Shown piece by piece: positions 45,076-55,584 of a DNA stretch of 64,000 nt (positions within the stretch are counted from its first letter, which is position 1; every line of letters starts with the position of its first letter). Both the position numbers and the translations under genes were made by a program. This DNA is from Oscillospiraceae bacterium. Its GTDB lineage: Bacteria > Bacillota > Clostridia > Oscillospirales > CAG-272. The stretch is from contig SVTO01000005.1 of the NCBI GenBank assembly GCA_015063745.1, positions 6,990 to 70,989 on the forward strand. Direction: 5' to 3'. The notes under the pieces are model-generated. The model worked only from the letters and a program-made list of their open reading frames with translations. It ran no database searches and was not told where the DNA came from.

Positions 45076-46155
45076 TCAGTCGAGGTAGCCCTGACGGTAG
45101 AGCAGTTCGGCGATGAGAACGGCGCCGCCTGCAGCACCTCTGAGGGTGTTGTGGGACAGACCTACGAATTTGTAGTCGAACATGGTGTCGGGACGGAGTC
45201 TGCCGACGGATACGCCCATGCCGCCGTAGAGGTCACGGTCCAGCTTGCACTGAGGACGGTTGTCTTCTTCGAAGTAGGTGATGAACTGCTCGGGTGCGTG
45301 GGGGAGTTCGAGCATCTGGGGAAGACCGCGGAAAGCCTTCCATTCGGCGAGGATGGTTTCCTTGGGCGGGGTGTTTTCGAAGCTTACGAACACGGCTGCG
45401 GTATGACCGTCGGAAACGGGAACGCGGATGCACTGGCTGGTGATGGCAACGTCATCTGCTGCCACGATGGTACCGCCGCGTACTTCACCCCAGATCTTCA
45501 GGGGTTCCTTTTCGCTCTTTTCTTCTTCGCCGCCGATATAGGGGATCACATTGTCCACCATTTCCGGCCAGGTTTCGAAGTTCTTGCCGGCGCCGGAAAT
45601 TGCCTGGTAGGTGGTAACGAGGATCTGCTTGATGCCGTACTTGCGCAGGGGAGTCAGCGCGGGAACATAGCTCTGGATGGAGCAGTTGGGCTTAACGGCA
45701 ATAAAGCCGCGGTGTGTGCCCAGACGTTCTCTCTGGCTGGCGATAACGGCCAGATGGCTGTCGTTGATTTCCGGGATCACCATGGGCACGTCGCTGGTCC
45801 AGCGGTTGGCGGAGTTGTTGGAGATTACGGGAATCTCAGCCTTCGCGTACGCTTCCTCCAGGGCCTTGGTTTCTTCTTTCTTCAGGTCAACTGCGCAGAA
45901 AACAAAATCGCACAGTGCCTTCATTTCGTCGATATGGGAAGCGTCGTGGATAACCATGTCACCGATTCCTTCGGGAATGGGGCAGGCCATCTTCCATCTG
46001 CCGTCCACAGCTTCCTTATAGGGCAGACCGGCTGTTCTGGGGCTGGCGGCCAGTGCAGTGATCTTGAAATAGGGGTGATCTGCCAGCAGGGTGATGAATC
46101 TCTGACCAACCATACCTGTCGCGCCGATGATACCACATCTCATTTTTTCTTTCAT
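45076..46155 (-). CDS. asd: aspartate-semialdehyde dehydrogenase
   Basis: MKEKMRCGIIGATGMVGQRF...; ..KPNCS.. active-site Cys; start at ATG 46155 with GGAG SD. Confidence 0.92.
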   Translation of the reverse strand: MKEKMRCGIIGATGMVGQRFITLLADHPYFKITALAASPRTAGLPYKEAVDGRWKMACPIPEGIGDMVIHDASHIDEMKALCDFVFCAVDLKKEETKALEEAYAKAEIPVISNNSANRWTSDVPMVIPEINDSHLAVIASQRERLGTHRGFIAVKPNCSIQSYVPALTPLRKYGIKQILVTTYQAISGAGKNFETWPEMVDNVIPYIGGEEEKSEKEPLKIWGEVRGGTIVAADDVAITSQCIRVPVSDGHTAAVFVSFENTPPKETILAEWKAFRGLPQMLELPHAPEQFITYFEEDNRPQCKLDRDLYGGMGVSVGRLRPDTMFDYKFVGLSHNTLRGAAGGAVLIAELLYRQGYLD

Positions 46156-46374
46156 AGCAATCTCCATTCCACCGCAGAATCTGCGGTATTTTCACATAAC
46201 TTTACTTTTTGCCACGTATATTTTCCCCGCCTGCTCACAGGATATGCACCGGCGGAAAATCGGTACATTCCATCCTGCCGGTATCGCCGCGGCTGCGGAT
46301 AAATATGCGGGATCGGCGGAAAATTTGCGCAAACCCGAAAAAATTCACGCATAATAATTCTCCGATAATATATA

Positions 46375-46403
46375 ATTATACCACATCCTGCGTATACTGT
46401 CAA
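46375..46403 (-). promoter_or_regulatory. consensus sigma-A promoter for asd, giving a ~210-nt leader
   Basis: Minus strand TTGACA-17 nt-TATAAT. Confidence 0.65.
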
Positions 46404-46590
46404 TTTATAGCCATACAAAATGCGAGCATTCCTCCCTGCGGGATTTTATGCAATTTGACACAAAACGACCCTGTCTTCGGGCAGAATCCATTGTGTCCCG
46501 GGAGCACACAGTCCGGCTGTGGTACTTTGGCACTCCGGGAAAGCGGGCAGGAAATAAATGTTAATTAAGTGTAAACTATTGAAAAAAGGC

Positions 46591-46619
46591 TTGATTTTTA
46601 TAGGGCATGGGGGTAAAAT
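46591..46619 (+). promoter_or_regulatory. groESL promoter
   Basis: TTGATT-17 nt-TAAAAT, 13 nt upstream of CIRCE. Confidence 0.65.
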
Positions 46620-46632
46620 ATAGGCGTGAAGT

Positions 46633-46659
46633 TTAGCACTCTGTAATTTCGAGTGCTAA
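46633..46659 (+). promoter_or_regulatory. CIRCE operator (HrcA binding site)
   Basis: TTAGCACTC-N9-GAGTGCTAA, a perfect match to the consensus. Confidence 0.95.
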
Positions 46660-46734
46660 AATATGCGAAAAAACGAAGATAGCATATCCTTCATTCATAC
46701 GAAAAAATATAAAAAAGCATACAGGAGGCATATT

Positions 46735-48688
<1,954 letters not shown>

Positions 48689-48710
48689 TTTAAAGTAAAT
48701 AGTGTTTTCG

Positions 48711-48797
48711 CAGGGGAGAGAAGCTTTTTTCAAAAGTTTCTCTCCCCCTGCTATTTTCCCCCCTTCTTCAAAAGCTTTGGATGAAGGGGGATTTTTG
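48711..48797. repeat. palindromic intergenic element, type 1, copy D
   Basis: GCAGGGGAGAGAAGCTTTTTTCAAAAGTTTCTCTCCCCCTGC plus the CCCCCCTTCTTCAAAAGCTTTGGATGAAGGGGG module. Confidence 0.75.
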
Positions 48798-48868
48798 TGT
48801 TGTGGGAAATAGAAATGGGCTGCCGCTTTTGTACTTGCGACAGCCCTTATGGTTATTTTTGATCTATG

Positions 48869-49036
48869 TCAGTCCTCGTCGGGATCCTTTTCAAAATCTT
48901 CTTTGCTCATGCCGCAGTCCGGGCAGGTAAAGTCATCGGGGAGATCTTCAAAGAGCGTACCCGGTTCAATACCGTTGTCGGGATCGCCGGCTTTTTCATC
49001 GTAAACCCATCCGCAGATCATGCAAACATACTTCAT
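48869..49036 (-). CDS. rubredoxin
   Basis: [33 protein letters not shown]; two CxxC pairs; AAAGGAA SD. Confidence 0.93.
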   Translation of the reverse strand: MKYVCMICGWVYDEKAGDPDNGIEPGTLFEDLPDDFTCPDCGMSKEDFEKDPDED

Positions 49037-49387
49037 AGTGATAATTCCTTTCTTGATTTGAAAAGTGTTACTGTTTTTACACATACTTGTGTGTTCAATA
49101 GTATATCAAAAGCATCGCGGAATTGCAAGAAGAATTATACCGAAATTTTCAGGATTATCTTGTATGTATTGCACAATTTTCATAAGACGGATGTCGTATC
49201 GGGGAGGAATTATGCGCATTATGATGGAATTGGAGGGTGGAAATACTGTTTTACAGCAGTCCGAGGCTGATGATTTTTCGGTTTTTCGCATATGTCTCTG
49301 TCCTGAAGTATTTGCACAATACTTCCGTAACAGAATTATGTCAAGCGTTCCCGGTTATATAATTTCCATAACGGAATTATAAACGGA

Positions 49388-49651
49388 ATGGGTGATACAA
49401 TGAAGACGAGAAAAAAGGAATACGGAAACGTCAATATGGTAGGGCAGACCATCGAAAAACTCCGCAAAGCCCAAAAAATATCACAGAAGGATTTCATATC
49501 CCGTATGCAGACACTGGGCTGCGATATAAACCCCACCAGCTATTCCAAACTGGAGGGACAGATCCGTATCGCCACCGATAAAGAACTGTACACAATCGCC
49601 AGAATTCTGAACGTCCCCGTAGACAGCCTGTTCCCCTCCCCCGCCGAATAA
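49388..49651 (+). CDS. XRE-family helix-turn-helix transcriptional regulator
   Basis: ..VGQTIEKLRKAQKISQKDFISRMQ.LG..I....YSKLE.G.R.....EL..IARILNV..D.LF. The true start may be ATG 49436. Confidence 0.8.
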   Translation: MGDTMKTRKKEYGNVNMVGQTIEKLRKAQKISQKDFISRMQTLGCDINPTSYSKLEGQIRIATDKELYTIARILNVPVDSLFPSPAE

Positions 49652-49707
49652 ACCAAAAAGGACTTGGCCCGGACCACACCAAACGTGTCCCGCCAAGTCC
49701 TTTTATA

Positions 49708-49783
49708 TTTTTCAAAAGTTTTTAGAGGATGGGAGGTGTCGGAGGGAAGGGGTACTTTTTCCAAAAAGTATCCCTTCCCTCTG
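49708..49783. repeat. palindromic intergenic element, type 1, copy E (inverted orientation)
   Basis: TTTTTCAAAAGTTTTTAGAGGATGGGAGG...GGAGGGAAGGGGTACTTTTTCCAAAAAGTATCCCTTCCCTC. Confidence 0.7.
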
Positions 49784-49796
49784 ACAAAAAACTCAT

Positions 49797-51203
49797 TCAA
49801 CCCCTCCGCAAAACCTTCTTCGCCGCTCGGAGCAGGTTTTCGAAATTCAGCACAGTAACCGCACCCGTCAGCACCACGGAAACGGGGATCCAGTAAGGGA
49901 TTTCCAGAATCATCACGCCGCAGAGGGCCGTAACCAGCACCACGCTGATGATGAACCGGGGAATATCCCAGCGGATCGCCACGGAGGTACGGCTGTGGAA
50001 GAAGCGGATGACGAACATGATCACATAACTCAGACAGGTGGAAACGGCCGCACCCATGGAACCCATAACGGGAATCAGCAGAATATTGCCGACGATGTTG
50101 CATACGGCACCGATGAGGATCGTCACGAAGGTTGCCATACTCCGCTTGTCCACCAGATAGGCGGAGGTCAGGAAATTGGCCAGACAGCAGAAGGTCGTTG
50201 CCAGAACCAGCATGGGAACAAACCGCCACGCTTCATAATATTCCGGTGCCGCCAGAACCATTGTGGAAAGCTTGGCCGTCACGATCAGCCAGGCCGCACC
50301 GCCGAAAGCCACAGCCTGATATACCCGCGCCACATTGGAGAACAGCCGCTCTCTTTCCTCTTTCGGCTGATCCGCAAAGGCGGAAAGCTGCCAGGCATAG
50401 GTGAATATGTTGGAAATAATAATCAGAATCGTGGGGATCTTGTTGGCGATGGCGTAGATCCCGTTGGCGGATTCGCCCAGAACGGATGTAATGATAAAAC
50501 GGTCGGAGATGTTGATGATCCAGCTGCAGACGGTGGTGGGAATCAGGGGCAGACTGTATTTCAGCATATCGAAATCCGTCTTCTTCTCCAGACTGCCGCC
50601 GAAAACCGAACGCAGATCAAAGGCCCGCCACTGCTTGTCCTTCAGAATACAGAACGCCGCACAGGTGCAGTCCGCCAGAATACTGGACAGCACATATCCC
50701 GTCACACCCATGTCCAGTACGGCCAGAAACAGGATGTTCAGCGCGATCGCCACAGCGGTGCAGAGAATCCCGTCTTCCGCATACAGCCGTACATTGCCGC
50801 CGGACCGGGCAAACTGACTGCAGGCCGCATGGAAGTTGGCCGCGATGACGTAGAAGCATACCAGAATCGTGTAGCCGCCCGTGTAGGGGATCAGATCCAG
50901 CAGGGGATAGGCCAGCAGCAGTACCGCAGACCCGATGGCCGTGGTGAGAATCCCGAAGGTGTACACCGTTTTGCGGTCCGTCGTCTCGTCCATGCCGAAA
51001 CGGATTACCGCATTGGCGATCCCGGCGGAGGCAATGGGAATCAGCAGATTGGACAGCTGTACCACATTGTCCATGATACCGTATTCCGTTGTATTGAGCA
51101 TGGCCGTGTAAAAGGGTGTCAGGAAAAATACCAGCAGCTTGGACCCGAAGGTGCTCAGCGCAATGAGCAGGGTATTGGATAACAGCTTTTTATAGACATT
51201 CAT
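49797..51203 (-). CDS. oligosaccharide/polysaccharide flippase (MOP/Wzx family)
   Basis: ~468 aa polytopic; MNVYKKLLSNTLLIALSTFGSKLLVFFL.PFYT..L...EYG; GAGGA SD. Confidence 0.8.
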   Translation of the reverse strand: MNVYKKLLSNTLLIALSTFGSKLLVFFLTPFYTAMLNTTEYGIMDNVVQLSNLLIPIASAGIANAVIRFGMDETTDRKTVYTFGILTTAIGSAVLLLAYPLLDLIPYTGGYTILVCFYVIAANFHAACSQFARSGGNVRLYAEDGILCTAVAIALNILFLAVLDMGVTGYVLSSILADCTCAAFCILKDKQWRAFDLRSVFGGSLEKKTDFDMLKYSLPLIPTTVCSWIINISDRFIITSVLGESANGIYAIANKIPTILIIISNIFTYAWQLSAFADQPKEERERLFSNVARVYQAVAFGGAAWLIVTAKLSTMVLAAPEYYEAWRFVPMLVLATTFCCLANFLTSAYLVDKRSMATFVTILIGAVCNIVGNILLIPVMGSMGAAVSTCLSYVIMFVIRFFHSRTSVAIRWDIPRFIISVVLVTALCGVMILEIPYWIPVSVVLTGAVTVLNFENLLRAAKKVLRRG

Positions 51204-51503
51204 GGGAAACAATCCTCACAGTGTTCAAAAAATCTCAGCCTATATAGTATACCACAGTTTTTCCCGACAGGAAAGGGAATTGTATGAATTTTTGCAAAAG
51301 AAAATGGAATGTACCGCATAACCGGGGAAAACGGGGGAGGGAGGGGGAAAAGAATATAAATTTATTGTAAATAATCCGTTTTCTCTTTACCAAACGAAAA
51401 AACTATGGTATAATATATGTATTATACGCAAAATTGCGGTTTTGTTGTCATTTTGCCGACTGCATGGATGAGCCGGCGCAGGAAAGGGCTGAAGGGAAAG
51501 CGG

Positions 51504-52772
51504 ATGTTTGATAAATATTACCTGAAACGGACCCTGATCACCTTTCTGACCGTGCTTCTGACCGTGGGCATCATCATCTACATCGCCTACCACATCGCCG
51601 GCAGCTTCGGGGCAACCCTGCAGCTTTCCGATGCGGTATACGAGTCCGTGACCCGGGTGCTGGACACCGACGGATACGTCATGCGCCATGAAAAAGTGCT
51701 GTACGCCTCCCACGCCCAGTCCGGCAGCGTCACACCTTCCGTACAGGACGGTACAAGACTCGGCATCTACGACAAAGCGGCGGATATCTATGACAATACT
51801 CTGCCCGACGTACAGGCGAGAATCCGCGAGATCGACGAACAGATCGCCCTGCTGGAGGACAGCCGTACGGAAAAGGTCTCCGTGGTCAATACCTCGGGAC
51901 TGGAAGCCGCGATTTTCAATAATGTGCAGGACATCCGCCTGATGGTGGAAAACCGCAGCTACGGAGATGCCACCACCATGCGCTCCACTCTCCTTGTCAA
52001 TATCCTGAAACGGGATATTCTCAAGGGCACCATGACCGACTACAACGACCAGCTGGCCGCCCTGCAGGCAGAGAAACGGAATCTGACGCTGCAGCTCGGT
52101 GCCTGCCTGGAAACCGTATATGCCCCCGTCAGCGGCTATTATTACGCCGATACGGACGGCTATGAGAGCATCTTCAGCGCGGACGGCATTGATTCCATGT
52201 CCTACGAAAGCTTCATGGCCATGATCGGTACCGACCCGGCGGAAGCAAACCGCAGTACCGTCACGGTGGGCAAAATGGTAACGGATTACCGCTGGTATCT
52301 GGCCTGCCCCGTATCCAAGAAGGAAGCGGCGGAGCTGGAGGACGGCAGAACCTATGCGATCACCTTCCCCTATAACGGCAATAAGGTCATCCACATGAAG
52401 CTGTACAGCGTCATTCCCGCATTGCCGGGCGAAGATGCGGTACTGGTATTCGTATCCGGTACGATTCCGGAGAATTTCGACTACACCAGAATGCAGCCGG
52501 TACAGATCGGCACCGTGGAATATACCGGTTTCCGAGTGCCCGTATCCGCTGTGCGCGTCATTGACGACTGTGAAGGCGTGTATGTTCTGGACCAGGTAAC
52601 GGTACGGTTCAGACGGGTCAATATCGTATACGAAGGTGACGGTTACTATATCTGCACAGGCGGGGAGCCGGATGAGAATGCGGTATATCCCTGGATACAG
52701 ATGAACGACGTCATCATTACGGAAGGGGTCAATCTTTACGAGGGTAAGGTCATTACCGGTAAAGATATGTGA
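51504..52772 (+). CDS. HlyD-family membrane-fusion-like protein (start uncertain)
   Basis: N-terminal TM anchor (LITFLTVLLTVGIIIYIAY), then a coiled-coil (..QARIREIDEQIALLE.., ..LAALQAEKRNLTLQL..), then a beta-barrel-like C-terminus. Confidence 0.6.
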   Translation: MFDKYYLKRTLITFLTVLLTVGIIIYIAYHIAGSFGATLQLSDAVYESVTRVLDTDGYVMRHEKVLYASHAQSGSVTPSVQDGTRLGIYDKAADIYDNTLPDVQARIREIDEQIALLEDSRTEKVSVVNTSGLEAAIFNNVQDIRLMVENRSYGDATTMRSTLLVNILKRDILKGTMTDYNDQLAALQAEKRNLTLQLGACLETVYAPVSGYYYADTDGYESIFSADGIDSMSYESFMAMIGTDPAEANRSTVTVGKMVTDYRWYLACPVSKKEAAELEDGRTYAITFPYNGNKVIHMKLYSVIPALPGEDAVLVFVSGTIPENFDYTRMQPVQIGTVEYTGFRVPVSAVRVIDDCEGVYVLDQVTVRFRRVNIVYEGDGYYICTGGEPDENAVYPWIQMNDVIITEGVNLYEGKVITGKDM

Positions 52773-52794
52773 TCCGTCCGGAAAGAGGCACAGT

Positions 52795-53520
52795 ATGACA
52801 GAAGCAAGACAACAATTTTTGAAGGCATCCTACGAACGGGTGATGGAGGATATCGAATCCGCTGTGATCCGTCGGGGTGAACATAAAGCGGTACAGCTGC
52901 TGGCCGCATCCAAGACCATGCCGGCGGAGGATATTGTATATCTGTCCGACGTGGGACTGCGGTATGCGGGTGAAAACCGACAGCAGGAATTCACGGAAAA
53001 ATACGAAGCCGTCAAATCCGCGGCAAACCCGGCCGAGTATCATTTCATCGGCCACCTGCAGACCAACAAGGTCAAGTATCTTGTGGGCAAGGCGGATCTG
53101 ATCCATTCGGTGGACTCCGTGCATCTGGCTGAGGAGATCGCAAAGCAGGCATGCCGTATGGGCGTCACCGTTCCGATTCTGGGACAGGTGAACATCGGCG
53201 AAGAGGAAGCAAAGAGCGGCGTCTCGCCCGACGAAGCCCCGGAATTTTTCGCCGCACTGCACGAGATGCAGGGGATTTCTCTCCGCGGAATGATGGTTGT
53301 GGCCCCGATTTGTGACGAAAAAGAAAAAATTCGAAAATATTTTCGAGATTCTTACCGAATTTTTATTGACTTTTTCGAAAAAAAACCGCATAATATAAGA
53401 GAGGCCATTTTATCTATGGGAATGAGCGATACATATGAGCTTGCCATAGAGGAAGGCGCGACCATGGTAAGAGTGGGCAGCGCGCTGTTCGGACACCGAG
53501 ACTATGGGGCGGGAAGATAA
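52795..53520 (+). CDS. YggS/YlmE family pyridoxal-phosphate homeostasis protein
   Basis: ..LLAASKT......Y......GENR.QE........HFIGHLQTNKVKY......IHSVDS...; ..SMGMS.D...AI..GATMVR.G.A.FG. Confidence 0.92.
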   Translation: MTEARQQFLKASYERVMEDIESAVIRRGEHKAVQLLAASKTMPAEDIVYLSDVGLRYAGENRQQEFTEKYEAVKSAANPAEYHFIGHLQTNKVKYLVGKADLIHSVDSVHLAEEIAKQACRMGVTVPILGQVNIGEEEAKSGVSPDEAPEFFAALHEMQGISLRGMMVVAPICDEKEKIRKYFRDSYRIFIDFFEKKPHNIREAILSMGMSDTYELAIEEGATMVRVGSALFGHRDYGAGR

Positions 53521-53578
53521 AAATTTTCGTCCGTAGCTATATAAAAAATTCAGAATATTTTCGCCGCGAGGCGGCAGA

Positions 53579-54112
53579 ATGGAGATAAGAATGGGACTTA
53601 TGGATCGAATCAAAAAAGTAACCGGCACCAATGATGCTTACGATGAAGCATACGACGAAGATTATTACAAGGGCTTCGACGGCTACGAAGACGAAGAAGA
53701 CGATAGTGATATGCAGATCGCCGGCGGTGCTATGGGCGGTATGGGCGCTCCCATGCAGAATCCTATGGGCGGCGGACTGAGCCTTTCCGGCAATAACATC
53801 CAGATGCAGGTTGTATGCCCCCAGACTTTTGACAGCGCTCCCCAGATTGCTGACCGTCTGCTGAACAAGTGCACTGTAGTACTGAACCTGGAAAACACCA
53901 ACAAGGAAACCTCCCGTCGTCTGATCGACTTCCTGACCGGTGTTGCTTACTCCATCGACGGTTCTATCAAGAAGGTTGCCACCAACGCTTACGTTATCAC
54001 TCCTTCCAATGTAAATGTTGACGACGCACACCTGAAGAGCACCGCAGCTCCCCGCAAGAAGGAAGAAAAGCCCGCTGAAGAAGCAGAAGCTGAATTCGAC
54101 GATTTCAACTGA
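53579..54112 (+). CDS. sepF: cell division protein SepF
   Basis: 177 aa; C-terminal core ..VVCPQTFDSAPQIADRLLNKCTVVLNLENTNKETSRRLIDFLTGVAYSIDGSIKKVATNAYVITPSNV. Confidence 0.9.
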   Translation: MEIRMGLMDRIKKVTGTNDAYDEAYDEDYYKGFDGYEDEEDDSDMQIAGGAMGGMGAPMQNPMGGGLSLSGNNIQMQVVCPQTFDSAPQIADRLLNKCTVVLNLENTNKETSRRLIDFLTGVAYSIDGSIKKVATNAYVITPSNVNVDDAHLKSTAAPRKKEEKPAEEAEAEFDDFN

Positions 54113-54376
54113 TCCGGCTTTTTCCATAACACAGACAATACTTCAATGATGCCGCAGAGTTCATGGTAAAAATTACCTGATTTGAGGTTTTGTTTGTGTA
54201 CCCATTTTATAAATTACCAAACAATTCCATAGACAACCCCCGCGCTATGCCGCCTATGGTATAGCGCTTTGTTGTTCAGAGGGATGAGCGGGAGAGGTGC
54301 ATAACGAACTCCCGTACAGCAAATACTAAGGTATTCAAAAGCTTTCCGCGAAATATTACCCAACGGAGATACGAAT

Positions 54377-54643
54377 TTGCATAGCTTGATTTATTTGATA
54401 ACAGCCACCTTGTCCTTTCTGCTTTCCGCCCTGCAGTTTCTGATGCTGGCCCGGGCGATCATGAGCTGGTTTCCGATCGGCGAGGACAATGTGATAGCCG
54501 GCTTCCTCTATGCTGTCACGGAACCTGTGATCATGCCGGTACGTGCCCTGCTTGAGCGGTTCGGATGGTTTGAAGGACTGCCGATCGATATGTCCTTTTT
54601 CTTCACCTTCATCATACTGTCCATCCTGCAGACATTCCTGTAA
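54377..54643 (+). CDS. YggT family membrane protein
   Basis: 88 aa; ..ARAIMSWFP.......L...TEP...P.R......G.D.S; TTG start. Confidence 0.85.
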   Translation: MHSLIYLITATLSFLLSALQFLMLARAIMSWFPIGEDNVIAGFLYAVTEPVIMPVRALLERFGWFEGLPIDMSFFFTFIILSILQTFL

Positions 54644-54654
54644 GGGAGAGCCAT

Positions 54655-55521
54655 ATGGAACTGACGAAGGAAGAAGAACTGCTCTGCGCAAGAGCGGCGG
54701 AACTGGCGGAAAACGGCAGCTTTATGGTGGCCGTGACTCCCTTTTTTACCCCCCGTGAAAGAATGGCCGTCCACGATTATCTGTGCCGCAGCGGACAGAT
54801 GGGCAGCTGCTTCTGGTGGGGCGGATATCCCGGGGCGGAGAGAGCCTGCGGGGTGTTTGTGCCGGACTGGTATCTGCCGGAGGAAGTTCCCTCTGTGACC
54901 GGCGGATATGCGGGGGCATTTGATGAAACGAGAAGCACATTTTTTGCCGGACTGCTGCAGGAAAATCCGTCTCTGGCAGAGGAGATTCCCCTGTGTGCCC
55001 TGTCGGTGAAGGGGAGCGGCTTTGCCTCCCTGACCCACCGGGACTACATGGGCGGCATACTCTCCCTGGGCATCGAACGTGACGTGATCGGCGACATTGT
55101 GGTACGCGGCGGAACGGAAGAGAACCCGGCAGCGGAAGCGGTGGTGTTTGCGGCGGAGAAGATCTGTGCCTATCTGGAAGAGTCCCTGACCCAGATCGGC
55201 CGGGATGCCGTAACGACAAAGCGCATCCTCCATCCTGCGGGAGAAGCCCTGCCCAGACGGTACGAAGCTGTTTCCGTAACCGTATCCTCCCCCAGACTGG
55301 ACGGTATCGTAAAAGCCATCACGGGTATGTCCAGAGAAGATGCGGCAGAGTTCGTGCGCCGCGGACTGGCAGAACTGAACTATCACCCCGCACAGGTGGA
55401 CAAAACGGTCTGCCCCGGTGATACCCTGTCCCTGCGGGGCTACGGAAAATACCGGATCGACACCACCGATACGGAAACCCGCCGCGGCAGAATCCGTGTA
55501 ACGGGACGAAAATATATCTGA
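54655..55521 (+). CDS. YlmH-like RNA-binding S4-domain protein
   Basis: 288 aa; ..HRDYMGGILSLGIERDVIGDI..; C-terminal S4 ..PRLDGIVKAITGMSREDAAEFVRRG...N. Confidence 0.85.
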   Translation: MELTKEEELLCARAAELAENGSFMVAVTPFFTPRERMAVHDYLCRSGQMGSCFWWGGYPGAERACGVFVPDWYLPEEVPSVTGGYAGAFDETRSTFFAGLLQENPSLAEEIPLCALSVKGSGFASLTHRDYMGGILSLGIERDVIGDIVVRGGTEENPAAEAVVFAAEKICAYLEESLTQIGRDAVTTKRILHPAGEALPRRYEAVSVTVSSPRLDGIVKAITGMSREDAAEFVRRGLAELNYHPAQVDKTVCPGDTLSLRGYGKYRIDTTDTETRRGRIRVTGRKYI

Positions 55522-55584
55522 AAAACAGTATTCCCAAGAAAATCCGAAAAACATTCCTATACATTTATACAAGGGAGGACTACC

